Shown here: positions 18,551 to 31,500 of the stretch, in pieces | How positions within the stretch are numbered: the stretch's first letter is position 1 | Layout: the number at the start of each line of letters is the position of its first letter | IMG/VR virus record: IMGVR_UViG_3300009709_000001 | Coordinates: 189,336 to 253,335 of that record | DNA length: 64,000 nt | Strand: one strand, 5' to 3' | Source of the DNA: a virus | Lineage: Duplodnaviria; Heunggongvirae; Uroviricota; Caudoviricetes | Program-made: the position numbers and the translations under genes | The notes under the pieces: model-generated | The model's database searches: none | Told to the model about the DNA's origin: nothing | What the model saw: the letters and a program-made list of their open reading frames with translations, nothing else

Positions 18551-21500
18551 TGTCTGAGTCAATTCGTCAAAATAATCTTTTCGCAGCCGAAGATTACAAA
18601 AAGATTTTCAAAGCTTATCAATTTATTGATTATACCGCCTATGACTTCGATACACTGAAGCAAGCGCTGATCAATTATGTCCAAACCTATTACCCAGAAG
18701 ACTTTAACGATTATATCGAAAGTTCGGAATTTATTGCAATCATTGAATTGATTGCATACCTTGGCACAAGTTTGGCATTTAGAACTGATCTTAATAGCCG
18801 TGAAAACTTTATCGATACAGCAGAGCGCAGAGAAAGTGTTATTCGACTTGCACAGATGGTTAACTACGTTCCACGTAGAAATATTTCTGCAAGCGGACTT
18901 TTCAAAATTGCGGCAGTCCAAACTAATCAGCCACTCATTGATGCAAACGGTGTCAATATTAATGACTTGACCGTTTACTGGAATGATCCTAACAATCCAG
19001 ATTGGTTCGATCAATTTATTCAGATCTGTAATGCTGCATTCAGCACATTGAATCCTTTCGGTCGCCCAACTAAGAGTGGAAGCATCGGAAGTATTCCTAC
19101 TGACCTATATCAACTAAACAACGTTATCAACCTAAACGTTGCATATTCGAATACAATTTCGATTAATGGTCAACAGTATCCTATCGATGTTTGCAATCCA
19201 GATTTTATTCCTAACGAAACAATTTTCGAAAGACATCCAAATCCTGCAAACGCATTCAACTTCATCTACAGAAACGATAGCCTGGGAGTATCGTCGCCCA
19301 ATACTGGTTTCTTCTTGTACTTCAAACAGGGTAACCTAATTAACATCGATACCAACTACGAGTTTCCTGTTCCTAACAGAGTAACACCAATTGCTGTCCA
19401 GAATGTTAACCAAGATGACGTCTATGTGCAAGAAACAGACCAGTCAGGTAATGTGATTTCACAGTGGACAAAGGTTCCTGCTCTTGCCGGCGAAAACATT
19501 ATCTATAACAGTATTCAGTTCTCTGTTAGAAATATCTTTGATGTAATTTCGGGTCCAAACGATACAGTTTCTATTCGTTTCGCTGATGGAAATTTCGGTA
19601 ATGTTCCAACTGGCCTATTCAGAACATGGGTACGTGTTAGTGCGAATGAAGCACTTGTAATTCGTCCAACCGATGCACAAGGTTTGCAAATGAACATTCC
19701 TTATATCGGTGCTGATGGTCAACAATACACCTTGCGCCTTGTCTATAGTCTAGAACAGACTATCAGTAATGCTGCTGCAACCGAAACTGATGAACAGATT
19801 AAGCTTCGCGCTCCGGAAGTTTTCTCGACACAATCGAGAATGGTTAACAACAGCGACTATAATGTCTTGCCGCTTGTTTATGGAAATCAAATTGCGAAGA
19901 TTCAGGCAATCGATAGAACCTATAGTGGCCAGAGTCGTTATATCGATTTAACTGACCCAACAGGTTTCCACAGGGATTTGATTATCTTCGGTCAAGACGG
20001 TGCACTATTTAGAGATAATCAGAATGTACTTGAACAAGTCATTGAGGATTCATCTAATTCTGGAACTATTGAATCGATCCTTGTGAACACAATACAAGAA
20101 ATGCTTAGAGACAGTCAAGTTTCTGCATTTTTCTATGATGAATATCTTCCACAATTCGAATCTACCATTCGTGTTAACCGCAATGATCCATCGGACCCAA
20201 ATGGCCCGCAACCAGAAGGTTATTCGTTGCTGAATATTGCAAACCCAAATCAACTTCCACTTATTTGGAAAACTTCTCCATTGAAGTTTAAGAACGATAC
20301 TGGTTTCTTTACTAATTCTCCATTAAGCGATACAGCGGTTGCTCTTATTAACACTCTAACTCCGGATAATCCATCTGGTGTTGATTACACATATCAACCA
20401 TGGGGATTCTTGAGAGCAGGTGCGGTAGTTGATTTTGCAAATGTGTCGACACCTACTCCGACTGGATTAAATTCTGTAACCATTAACAATGTGGTACAGA
20501 ATGGTCTGCCATTGATTGTTAACAGTTCAAATCCATATTCCAATATCGGCCCAGTTGAATTGGGTAAAGAGGAACAAATTAACTTCCAGGCAGTTCGAGT
20601 TTATCCTGTATTTAGAAATGACCTGAATACCAGTGAAATTGTCGAAATTACTACTGCAATTGATGCAGGTATTTCTTTCTGGTTGTATTACGATCTACTT
20701 ACAGACGAATGGCATACTTCGACTACAGCAACACCAGGTCTTTTAGATCAAGCTGAACAGCCATGGAAGTACGCACCACCAGAAATTATTTCAGGTGTTG
20801 AGCAAATTTATTCCGATTGGGCACCTTATCCAGCAGGTGGCTTGCTTTACATTTCCATCGCAAGCAACAATCAAATCGGAACTACTACCTATGATTTAAC
20901 CGCACGTGGTCGAGTCTATGTATTCGAGTCATATCGTGATGTTCGATTCTATTGGGAACCTAATCAGATTGTTATCGACAATGCAACCGGCCAAGCCTTG
21001 CAAGATACAATCGAAATTATGCCGTTTGTAAATACCAATAGTTCGATTGATAATAACGAACCAGATATTGTCGATCCTACTCAAGCGTTCTTGAAGGAAC
21101 AGGTAGATTTCAATATCACTGGTGTATTCATTCAGCCCGATGGATATCTCGATAGTTCTAAAGTCGAGGTATCATTAATCGATGGCGACTCCGATGGTAT
21201 TCCAGATGATCCCGAAGGATTCAATAAAATTGTCGCACCTAATGACAGAATTGTCTTTGAATATTATGTTAACGAAGTTAGCGGATACCAAAGCACAAGG
21301 CCTTGGATTACAAACTGGAATATTGATTTCGAAAACTATGGCGGGCTATTCTATGTTTACTTTCCAGTAAGCCTAAGCGATCCGACGAAACTATATAGCC
21401 CGCCATATATTTCGGCAACACTTGTTCCAGATCCATTGTTACCACCTCCAGATGCTGTATTCATGGATACTGTTAACCTGTTGTTTATTAACAACTTGGC

Positions 21501-22461
21501 GCAGCTACAACTCGATACAGTTACTCCGGGTCTTCAGACAATTGCAAATCAGGTTACGGCATTCTTCAATAACGATGAAACTACCTTTCCGTGGATTACC
21601 AATATTTCGGCAGTCACAGACAAGATTGATCTAGTTACAAATTATTTCATTAAGAAATCATATCTATTGTCATCAATTAGTCCTCCGGGCTTTGGTGTGT
21701 ATTACACCATGGCATTTGAAGATACATCTAACTTGTTGGTATATCCAACAGGTAAAATGGTAGGTGACATTCCAGACAAGTATCACTATGACAGAAATGG
21801 TAAAGTATTCACACAGAATACATCGATTGAAGAACTACAGCGTCTTCCACTATATTTCAAGTGGAGTCATTACTCGCCAATCGATCAACGTGTAGATCCG
21901 TCGCCTACAAACATTATCGATATGATTGTTGTCACCGACAACTATTATCGCGATGTTTTGATTTGGAAGAATGTCAACGGTAGTATCGCAACATTCCCTC
22001 CAGCACCAACAACTGAAGAACTTAGAATTCAGTTCCAGGATCTAAACCAATATAAGATGGTTAGTGATGCAATGGTTTGGAATTCGGGTACATTTAAGAT
22101 TCTATTCGGCACACAGGCAGAATCGGAATTGCAAGCAACATTCAAGGTTGTTAAAGCACCGTCGACAAACATCAGTGACAACGAAGTCAAGACAAAGGTT
22201 ATCAAAGCAATTGATACTTATTTTGATATTCGTAACTGGGACTTCGGTGAAAAATTCTTCTACACTGAATTGGCAGCATTCATTCACCAGCAGCTTTCGC
22301 GCATTATCAGTTCTGTGGTTATTGTTCCTAACAATGCAAATTCACAGTTCGGTAACTTGTTTGAAATTGTTGCAAACCCTAACGAACTATTCTTGTCTAC
22401 CGCAACGGTAAACAATGTTCAGATTGTTTCTAATCTAACTGATCAGAACCTGAGAGTTTAA
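18550..22461 (+). CDS. Baseplate wedge protein gp6-like
   Basis: YDFDTLKQAL, DFNDYIESS, RENFIDTAERRESV, IRFADGNFG, ETDEQIKLRAP, RMVNNSDY. Confidence 0.85.
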   Translation: MSESIRQNNLFAAEDYKKIFKAYQFIDYTAYDFDTLKQALINYVQTYYPEDFNDYIESSEFIAIIELIAYLGTSLAFRTDLNSRENFIDTAERRESVIRLAQMVNYVPRRNISASGLFKIAAVQTNQPLIDANGVNINDLTVYWNDPNNPDWFDQFIQICNAAFSTLNPFGRPTKSGSIGSIPTDLYQLNNVINLNVAYSNTISINGQQYPIDVCNPDFIPNETIFERHPNPANAFNFIYRNDSLGVSSPNTGFFLYFKQGNLINIDTNYEFPVPNRVTPIAVQNVNQDDVYVQETDQSGNVISQWTKVPALAGENIIYNSIQFSVRNIFDVISGPNDTVSIRFADGNFGNVPTGLFRTWVRVSANEALVIRPTDAQGLQMNIPYIGADGQQYTLRLVYSLEQTISNAAATETDEQIKLRAPEVFSTQSRMVNNSDYNVLPLVYGNQIAKIQAIDRTYSGQSRYIDLTDPTGFHRDLIIFGQDGALFRDNQNVLEQVIEDSSNSGTIESILVNTIQEMLRDSQVSAFFYDEYLPQFESTIRVNRNDPSDPNGPQPEGYSLLNIANPNQLPLIWKTSPLKFKNDTGFFTNSPLSDTAVALINTLTPDNPSGVDYTYQPWGFLRAGAVVDFANVSTPTPTGLNSVTINNVVQNGLPLIVNSSNPYSNIGPVELGKEEQINFQAVRVYPVFRNDLNTSEIVEITTAIDAGISFWLYYDLLTDEWHTSTTATPGLLDQAEQPWKYAPPEIISGVEQIYSDWAPYPAGGLLYISIASNNQIGTTTYDLTARGRVYVFESYRDVRFYWEPNQIVIDNATGQALQDTIEIMPFVNTNSSIDNNEPDIVDPTQAFLKEQVDFNITGVFIQPDGYLDSSKVEVSLIDGDSDGIPDDPEGFNKIVAPNDRIVFEYYVNEVSGYQSTRPWITNWNIDFENYGGLFYVYFPVSLSDPTKLYSPPYISATLVPDPLLPPPDAVFMDTVNLLFINNLAQLQLDTVTPGLQTIANQVTAFFNNDETTFPWITNISAVTDKIDLVTNYFIKKSYLLSSISPPGFGVYYTMAFEDTSNLLVYPTGKMVGDIPDKYHYDRNGKVFTQNTSIEELQRLPLYFKWSHYSPIDQRVDPSPTNIIDMIVVTDNYYRDVLIWKNVNGSIATFPPAPTTEELRIQFQDLNQYKMVSDAMVWNSGTFKILFGTQAESELQATFKVVKAPSTNISDNEVKTKVIKAIDTYFDIRNWDFGEKFFYTELAAFIHQQLSRIISSVVIVPNNANSQFGNLFEIVANPNELFLSTATVNNVQIVSNLTDQNLRV

Positions 22462-22478
22462 CCGGGTTTTAATTTTCG

Positions 22479-22514
22479 TGATAAATACAGGAACAAGGTA
22501 ACCAAGTTACCTTG
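22479..22514 (+). promoter_or_regulatory. Late promoter (22479-22487) followed by a leader hairpin (22494-22514)
   Basis: TGATAAATA then CAAGGTAAC-CAA-GTTACCTTG. Confidence 0.6.
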
Positions 22515-22534
22515 ATCTTCTACGGAAATTATCA

Positions 22535-25500
22535 ATGACTCAGTATATCAAAAAGCTACCGGCAGTCTTCCAGACAGTCACTGAAAAGAAATTCTTTGAT
22601 GCAACTTTCGATCAAGTCTTTTCTAAGAAAGATAGCGACCTTCTTGCAGGTTTCCTCGGTCGTCGCGATCCAGGCCTTTACAATCCGATTACTGATTTTT
22701 ATCTTCCAGAACCATCAAAGAATAGAACCTGGTGGCAGCTAGAGGCTACCGCATTTGCACGCGATAGCGATACAACCAAGACAAATATCTTCTTCTATGA
22801 AGATCTTCTTGAAAATATCGAATACTACGGTGGCAATACCCTAAACCAGGATCGTCTATTCGAATCTGAATATTACAGCTTCGGTCCTCCGATTGATTAT
22901 GACATGTTCATTAATTACCAGTCATATTACTGGGTTGAACAGGGTCTACCTACAATTACAATCACCGGAGTTATGGGTGCCGATATCATTGGCAAATCTT
23001 CCTATACAACTCCACCTACAGCAGTACCGGCAAACTTTACATTGACTACCGGCATGTCAATTTCATTGGCAGATGATCCGGAATACTCGTCACCGCATAC
23101 TGTTGAAAATATCGGTAACTGTATCGGTATTCGTTTAGTACCTCAGTTCCCTGATTTTACCGCCGGTACACTTTTTGAATTCCTTCCTTGGGATGGAGAA
23201 TTCGAACTTGCTAACGGCCGTATCATTGATAATAGATATTGGGATTCGTTGACCTGGGAAACTCAGGCACAGCCATCTAACGGCGATTACATTACAATCG
23301 AACGTGGTTCACTAGACCGTAATGCTTGGTCACGTACAAACAAATGGTTCCACATCGATGCAATTACACAAACCATTGCAGCTACCGGAACTGTATTTCC
23401 TGCAAATGCGACAAGAGCATTGCGCCCCATCATTCAATTTATTGCTGACCTGATTCTTTATAAATCCGGTACACAATTTAGATCTGAAATTCAATATGGT
23501 TTCCGTGACAATCAATTCGGGCAACCATTGTTGTTCGCGGATTATCAAAATCAATCAGTTCTTTCAATCAATACTGCTTTCGGCATTGATTTGTCAGAAG
23601 GTGATCTTGTTAGCTTCTTCAACGACACTACCCCGATTAATGTTGATTACTTCCCATGGGATATGTTCGACTGGGATACCAACGATTGGGATGCAGTCTT
23701 TCCATCGACAATTAACCAATGGATTTTCGAAGCTAAGATCCAGCCCGATGGAACTGTAAACTTCGTTCCTTACACATCTTGGGCAACTCCTGTCCTTGAA
23801 GGCGATATTGTCTTCATTACCGAAGATGCTCCGTTTGATGGCGCATTGCGCGGTCAGACATGGTATTACAGCAATGGCACATGGCAAGAAGCATTCAACG
23901 ATAAGATTAGATTAAATCAGCCACCGTTGTTCCAGTTGTACGATCACGACACTGTTCCTCTCGACGATACTGCAAAATATCCAGATAGCACATTCCGTGG
24001 CAGTGAAATTTTCTCCTACAAGGTTAACACTGAACCTGGTGCGACCGTTGACCCAGTTCTAAAGTTTCCGATTGTGTATACATCGCTCGGGCAAGCTTCC
24101 GACATTGTATTCCAAAATGACTTGATTACAACTCGTTACGCCTACGGATCGTTTAAACCGATTGATGGTTACTACTATTACAAGACCGTTACCGATCCTG
24201 TAACATTCAATAACTGGAATCTATATCAGCCATGCCCGTGCGATGATATTATTCCTCCGCCTCCATGCAATTGTCTCGAAACAAGCAAACAACGAGTTAT
24301 CGAGAAGTATGTTGTAGGTTACGGAACTGAGTTCCAATTTAAACTCAGTGTCACTCCTTACGGCTATCCTGCAACTCCCGACATTATTGTCTCTGTAAAT
24401 GGCGTTGAGGTAAAGTCTGCTGCGGACCAGACTGATGGGTACACGTTATCCGTCATAAATGACAGGATTTACGTCGTTCTCACTACCTATCTAACTAACT
24501 TGTTGTCGACTGTACAGTCGCAGCCTCCTGTGGTTGAAGTACAGACTTATACCCATGGGTTGTTGGATCCTGCAGAACCGGGTTATTTTGAGATTCCACA
24601 ACAACTCGAAGCAAATCCTAATCAGCTTGAAGTTAGCGAAATTAGTGCAAGTGATTTGACACAACAATTTGCATCGATTATTTCTAATCAGATTGGTGCA
24701 ACTGGCGTTGCATTCGGTGGCAGCAATAATTACCGTGATACAAGAAAGAATAGATCTGTCGGTCAGTACATTCTACAAAACGTAGCACCGGCGCTAAAGT
24801 CGATGCTTATTGCATCAGAGGATGACCTTGATTTTATTACTGGTCTAAGATTTAGTCAATCTGAATATACCAAATTTAAGAATAAGTATCTCAGAACTGC
24901 TCAGCAGTTGATTAACCAACAATTTAGTCCAGTTCAATTCTACACCAACACTGTGGTTATTAGCCTGTGGGTGGAAGAAATTCTTAAGGTGGTTAATGTT
25001 TCCAAGGAATTCTCAAACGCTTTCGCATATTCCTACATGATTGCGAATGGTAGCCCGTTTGCTAACGAAACCATCACAGTACCGGCCGGCGGCTTGGTTA
25101 CATTAACCAATTATGTTGATCTCAGTGATCCGAAGAATGCTCTGTACGCATATGATGTATCCGGACAAGAAACTCTTTTGATTATCGGTAAAGATTACGA
25201 AATCGTTTCTACCAACCTTGCAATTGATATTCAATTCAATACTGCATCTGTGCCGGTGGGTAGATCTGTTTTTGTTGCTCTTTACAAGAATCCATTGCCG
25301 GCATACATTCCATCGACTCCAACAAAGGTCGGTGCATACCCTACCTATGTTCCGCGCATTGAATTAGATACAACCTATACTAATCCGACAAATGTCATTA
25401 TTGGCCACGATGGATCAAAGACAATCGCATTCGGTGATTATAGAGACCAATTGTTACTCGAACTTGAAAAGAGAATTTATAATCTCTTGAACTTTAAGTA

Positions 25501-28500
25501 TCGACACGAGTATGCATTGCCGCTTCGTGTTGAATCAATTCGTTCCGGTTACTTTAGAGAAACACGTTACTCTAGACAAGAATATCTCGATATTACCGAA
25601 TCGTATCTAAACAAATGGTCGGCAATGAATCGTGCTAACTATCGTGCCAACGATTGGGCGACAGCGAGTGTTTCAACTCCACCGTCTCTACTCTGGAAGC
25701 TCTACAATTACCGTCTAGCCGAAAATACACTCGGTCAACCATTGAACCTACCGGGCAATTGGAAGGGTGTCTATCTCTACCTTTACGACACTATCAATCC
25801 TGATACACGTCCATGGGAGATGCTTGGATTCACCGATCAACCAGATTGGTGGGAAATCGAATATGGTGCACCTATCCTGAACCTTGCAGGTCAGGAAGTC
25901 TGGGGTTCTAATGCTGCTGGTCTACATAATATGTATTCCGACCTAGAAGCAGGTATTATCCGTCAGGGACCGTGCGCAATTTACGACCCGATTACCTTGC
26001 AACCAGTTCCACAAGAAATGTGGGCACGTCCAGGTCTGTTGACATTGATTCCTGTAACTACATCGGGCGAGATTATTTCTGTCATGACATTGTTCAATGT
26101 CGTGTACTCCGGTAATCCATATGCACCATTTGACGGCTTTGATATCGAATGGATATACGGTGATGGTAGTCCAGTTGAGATGGCGTGGATGTCGACTTCG
26201 GCATACGCCTTCAGTACTCAAGAGTTTATGTATCTCATGAGACCTGCTCCTTACGGAGAACTCATGTGGGATACTCTCGGTACTGAACTTTCTCCTGGCA
26301 TGATTGACGTTCCTGGTATCGAAAGTCCTGTACAATCGACTATTAACTGGCAATATGTTCAGAATGATATCTATTCGGATGACGATCCATTCTTTGCATG
26401 GATGCGTCCAAAGAACGCTGATCAAGTAGTTCATGCTGAAAATATCGATAGCGAAATTCAAATTAGATACGGATATCAGCGTTGGATTAGTGATAGGATT
26501 CTTTTCCTAGGAAAAGACATTGGCACCACATTCGGTCAGAAGGTTAGAACACTCGATGTAAATCTTGCAAATAAACTTGCCGGCTTTACAAACAAGGATA
26601 CAACCAATACCTACATCGAATCCGTAACTCCGGGTTCTACAACCAACAGCTTGATTATTCCATCGACAAACTTCGATGTTAAACTTCATAAGAGTCCAGT
26701 TGTCGATACCTATTCCTATAGCGGTATTGTAATTCGTGCCCTAATTGACGGAACATTCGCAATCTACGGATACGATTTACTCAGTTCTGAATTCACAGTT
26801 CTCGAAAGATCTACCGACAAACTTATCGATGTTACTGTCGGTGGTACACCTGCGGAATTCAAATATTTCAACATTGGCGAAACTTATAACGCTGGCGACA
26901 TTGTCAAGTACAATGGTGTCTATTATGTCTCACTTGTGACACAGATTGCAGTTGTTAAGTTCGAAGCATCTGGCTGGCAGCGCCTTGCAGGATTGCCAAC
27001 AGTAGGTGGTATTTCTGTTTCCTACAAGCCATTAACCACAGGTAAGATTGTGAAAGTTCCGTATGGTACTGTCTTGCCTACCGCACAAGCAGTGTTCGAT
27101 TTAATGATTAGCTGGGGTGCATATCTTGAAGCACAAGGTTGGAAATTCGACGAAGTTAGTCAACAAACCAACATGCTCAGCGACTGGCTTGCATCTGCTA
27201 AACAATTCCTATTCTGGTTGAATACTGAATGGGCACCCGATGCATCTATTCAATTGAGCCCACTTGCCAACAAGGCAACCTTGGTTGTTAAGCGTGGTTA
27301 TCCAAACGATGTCGAAACTATGTCTAACGGTGTTTACAGCATCCTAGACAAGTACGGCGTTGCAATTGCACCACAGAACACAACAACCGATCGTGATGGT
27401 CCTAGCATTACCGTTGAACCATCAGATCTTGCTGTTGGCGGAATTTATTTCTTGACTGTTAATACTTCCGAAACAGAACACGTTCTGATTTTTGATAACA
27501 CCACAAACTTTAACGATGTGGTATATTCGCCACTATTGAGGGCACGCCAACAGAGATTGCGCTTCAATGGATTCAGAAGCAATGGTTGGTACGGTAAGAT
27601 GGAAGCACCTGGTTATCTTGTTATGGATAACGAGCTTGTTCCAAACTATGACACAATCGTGAATAGCATGCGCTATTTCTATGATCCGAATGTTACACTT
27701 GATAACCCAAGCTTAGAAGATTTGGGACGCCATCTTATTGGTTACGAAAGCAAGAGTTATCTCGATAACTTACAGGTTTCTAACGATGTTCAGTACCTTT
27801 TCTATCAAGGTGCTATTCGTCAGAAAGGAACTCAGCAAGCATTCGACAAGCTCTTTAGATCGACCAAAGTTCAAGGCGATAAGGTCATTGAAGTATTTGA
27901 AGAGTGGGCATTGAAGCTTGCTGACTTCGGTAACACTATTGAACAAGTTTCCACAGAATTCATACTTCGTCCTGAACAGAACACAGGTGAAGTTGTTGTC
28001 GCACGCCTAAACTACATTCCATCTAAGATTGGTTTCCTACGTCAAATCAATATCCTGAATGCTGAAAATACCTACACTTCGGTACCGAAGGTAATTATTA
28101 CAGCACCAGATGCAGATCCGATGGACCCAGATTTGACTGCTCCTTTAAGGCAGGCAAAGGCCTATATTGTTCTGGATTCTATTGGAAGAATTTCTCGTGT
28201 TGATATCACAGACCCAGGATACGGATATCTAAAAGCACCTTACATCGAAATCGATTCCGGACTTGAGCCACACAATCTCGATAGATTGTTTAGCGTTTGG
28301 CAAGGCGAGATCATCAAGGACGAAACACTCGATAATATCATCAACATTGATATTGATCGCACTGATCAATGGACTGTTCGACCAGTAGATCCAACATTCT
28401 CTCTCGTCTTCCCAGAGACACCAAGAATTGATTATCCATTGCCTAATGCAGGTTATGTCAACTTCAATGATGTCGATTTGACTTCGTTTGGTGTTGTCCA

Positions 28501-31500
28501 GACTGCTGTTCAGTGGGGAACTGACCTATTCAATCCAGTTGCTAATCAGACATTGTGGATGGCCAAGACTTTCACCGAAGATTGGGATGTCTATAAGATC
28601 GTTAAGCAGAATATACCGTTTGAAGTTGTCAAGGATGAGAACAACGATCTATTCCTGAGAACAGATTTGTCGTACAACCTCACACCGCAATTTGCAGGTG
28701 GCCTGCATCAGACTGACTTCGGTAACATGATTGTTCTTCAGGTTATTGAAGCTCGTGCAGATGCGGTTATTGATACTGGTGTTATCACTGAAATCAATAT
28801 TACCAAGGAAGGTTCTGGTTATATCAATGAACCATTAGTTACCATTACCGGCGACGGAACAGGTGCTACTGCTAAAGCAATCATCGGTGGTGGAGTTGTT
28901 TCGGGCATTGAAATTACAAACGGTGGTACCGGTTATACAACCGCAACTGTAACAATCGCTCCACCACCGAAGGTTAACCCTGTAACCAACTTTACTGTCG
29001 GTTTTGGCTATAGCTATTCGGATTTGGTTTACAACTATTACAGTCTTCTAACTCTCGACGGTGTTCCAATCACTGCAGATGAAATCACTGTATTTGAAGA
29101 CTTCACTGACTTCATGTTGTTCAAATCCATGCGCTTCTTGACTACACCTGTAATTCCATCTTATGTGGTTGCTGGTGATAAAATTTGGGTTGATAATGTC
29201 AATAACCTATGGACAGTGTTCAATTACGACGGTGTTGATCTAACTGCCTTCAGACAGCAAACTCCGCTTATCGATACATTCTTGTTCGAAAGCGCAAGTG
29301 TGTTCTCGACAAATACAACCAACGAGCTTGTTCAACTTCCAGTCTACGATCCGTTCAAGGGAATACTCCCGGGCCCAGCAAGACAGAACATTACCTATAC
29401 TTCTTTGCAGGATCCTGCAAGATATAATGTCACGCCTGATCAAAGATTGTTTAGTGAAAACATTATCTTTGGTAAGAGACAAGTTGGACAATTGTGGTGG
29501 GATCTTTCATCAGCAAGATACGTTTATTACGAACAGCCGATTGCCCTAGACGGTACCGAAACTGATCTAGATAATTTGATTTACAGAAGAGATAACTGGG
29601 GATCTTTGTTCCCGGGTAGCACAATCGACATTTACGAATGGGTCGAGAGTGATGTTATTCCTTCCGAATATACAGGTTCGGGAACTCCACGCGACACTAC
29701 TTCTTATGTCCAGATCATCACATCGAACAGATTTACAAACGCCGAAGAAATCAAGTATTACTTCTGGGTGTTGAATACAACTGATAAGCCAAATGTTGAA
29801 AATAGAACAATGGCCGCACTCGATGTATCTAGATTGTTGCAAATTCCAAAGAGCCAAGGTTTTGTCTTCTTTGCACCTATTCAACAAACTGCAACGAACA
29901 ATTCTTATATGTTCTACAACGTACAAGAAATTCTTGCATACCAGGGCGACAATGTTCAGATTCAATACCGTGTATCTGAAAGAGATGATCAGAAGCACAC
30001 CCAATGGGCATTCTTCCGTGAAGGTGACCCAGGGTCCACTGTTACAGATCAGTTCTGGAACAAGATGGTTGATAGCCTCTGTGGTTACACAAAGGTACTT
30101 CCATTATCCGATGAATACGATAACGGAATCATTGTAGCCGATGATCTTCCATGGGACATCTTTGGTTGGGATATTACTCCGTGGGATTCGGCAGACTCGA
30201 CAACATCACCAATTTACGGCGAGATCCTCGAAGTTCCTGATCCAACTCTGAGTGAAGGTGAGAAATATGGTATTAAGTATCGTCCACGTCAGGGCATGTT
30301 CGTTAACCTATACGCAGCAAGAAAAGTCTTCGTACAGGCTGCGAATAGCTTACTGAAGTACATTCCTATTAGAGACGACAATCCAGGATGGGATGCTGAT
30401 GTTACTACCGATGATTACTGGACATATACCACATGGTACAAAGCCGGTTTTGAAGATGTAACACCTAATGTTGTTTTCCAAACATTATCGCAAGCCAATA
30501 TCGCATTGGTTAGTGGTCAGCTGAAGAATGACGATATTGTTCAGGTTACAAACGGAACTGTCGATGGTAGATTTGTTCTATATGTTGTAGTTCAACTCAA
30601 TCCTAATGTTCCTGCTCAAAGTCTTGAAGAAATCGGTATTCAGAACAGTGCAATCAAATTGCTCGATACAATCTATACTGTGAAGAATGTTTATGGTTTG
30701 TCTGTTGAACTTAGACAGCTCCTAAACGCATTCAGAACAGAAGTTATGGTCGATGCTAATAAGGTTGATCAAAACGAATTGTACTTCTCGATGCTTAACT
30801 ATGTGGTTAGCGAACAGAAGAATCCAGATTGGGTCTTCAAGACTTCGTATATCTACATCAAGGAAAATGACTTGCCATTGGCACAAGGTCAATTGTACGT
30901 ACCTGATCAGATTGATAACATTATCCAATACATCACCGATGCTAAACCATATCATACAAAGATCAGAGATTATACCAGCACCTATGTAACTCAGGATATT
31001 GCTGTCGGAACTGCTGCCGATTCCTACAAATGGAATATCAAACTTAAATTCGGTCCAGATGCATTGCCAGGCAACCAATTGAGTCTATATCCAGATTGGA
31101 TGGGACAGAACGGAAACACACTCGATGCAACATACGGTTGGGATTTGAATCAGGGTCCGTATACCTTGCCATGGGATACCTTTACATGGGACGTTCCGCT
31201 TGACGTGAATGGATTCCCATTGACCATGAATAACATTCTAAATCAAAGTGTTTCGGGATCGCACCCTGCTCCTATCATCCCAGGTGATTGGCCGGGTAAT
31301 ACTGTTCCATTGGTTGCATATACCGGCGTTACACGCGCGCAGAAAGCTGGCTATTCTAGTTTGTATCCATATCAATTTGTTGCACCGACATTAGATGACC
31401 CACAGTCGTTTATTCCACCGGAAAACATTGTTGGAGTTCAGGCCGATGATCAAATCCTGTACTACGGACAGGATTACTATGTCGAGTACTTCGAGACAAC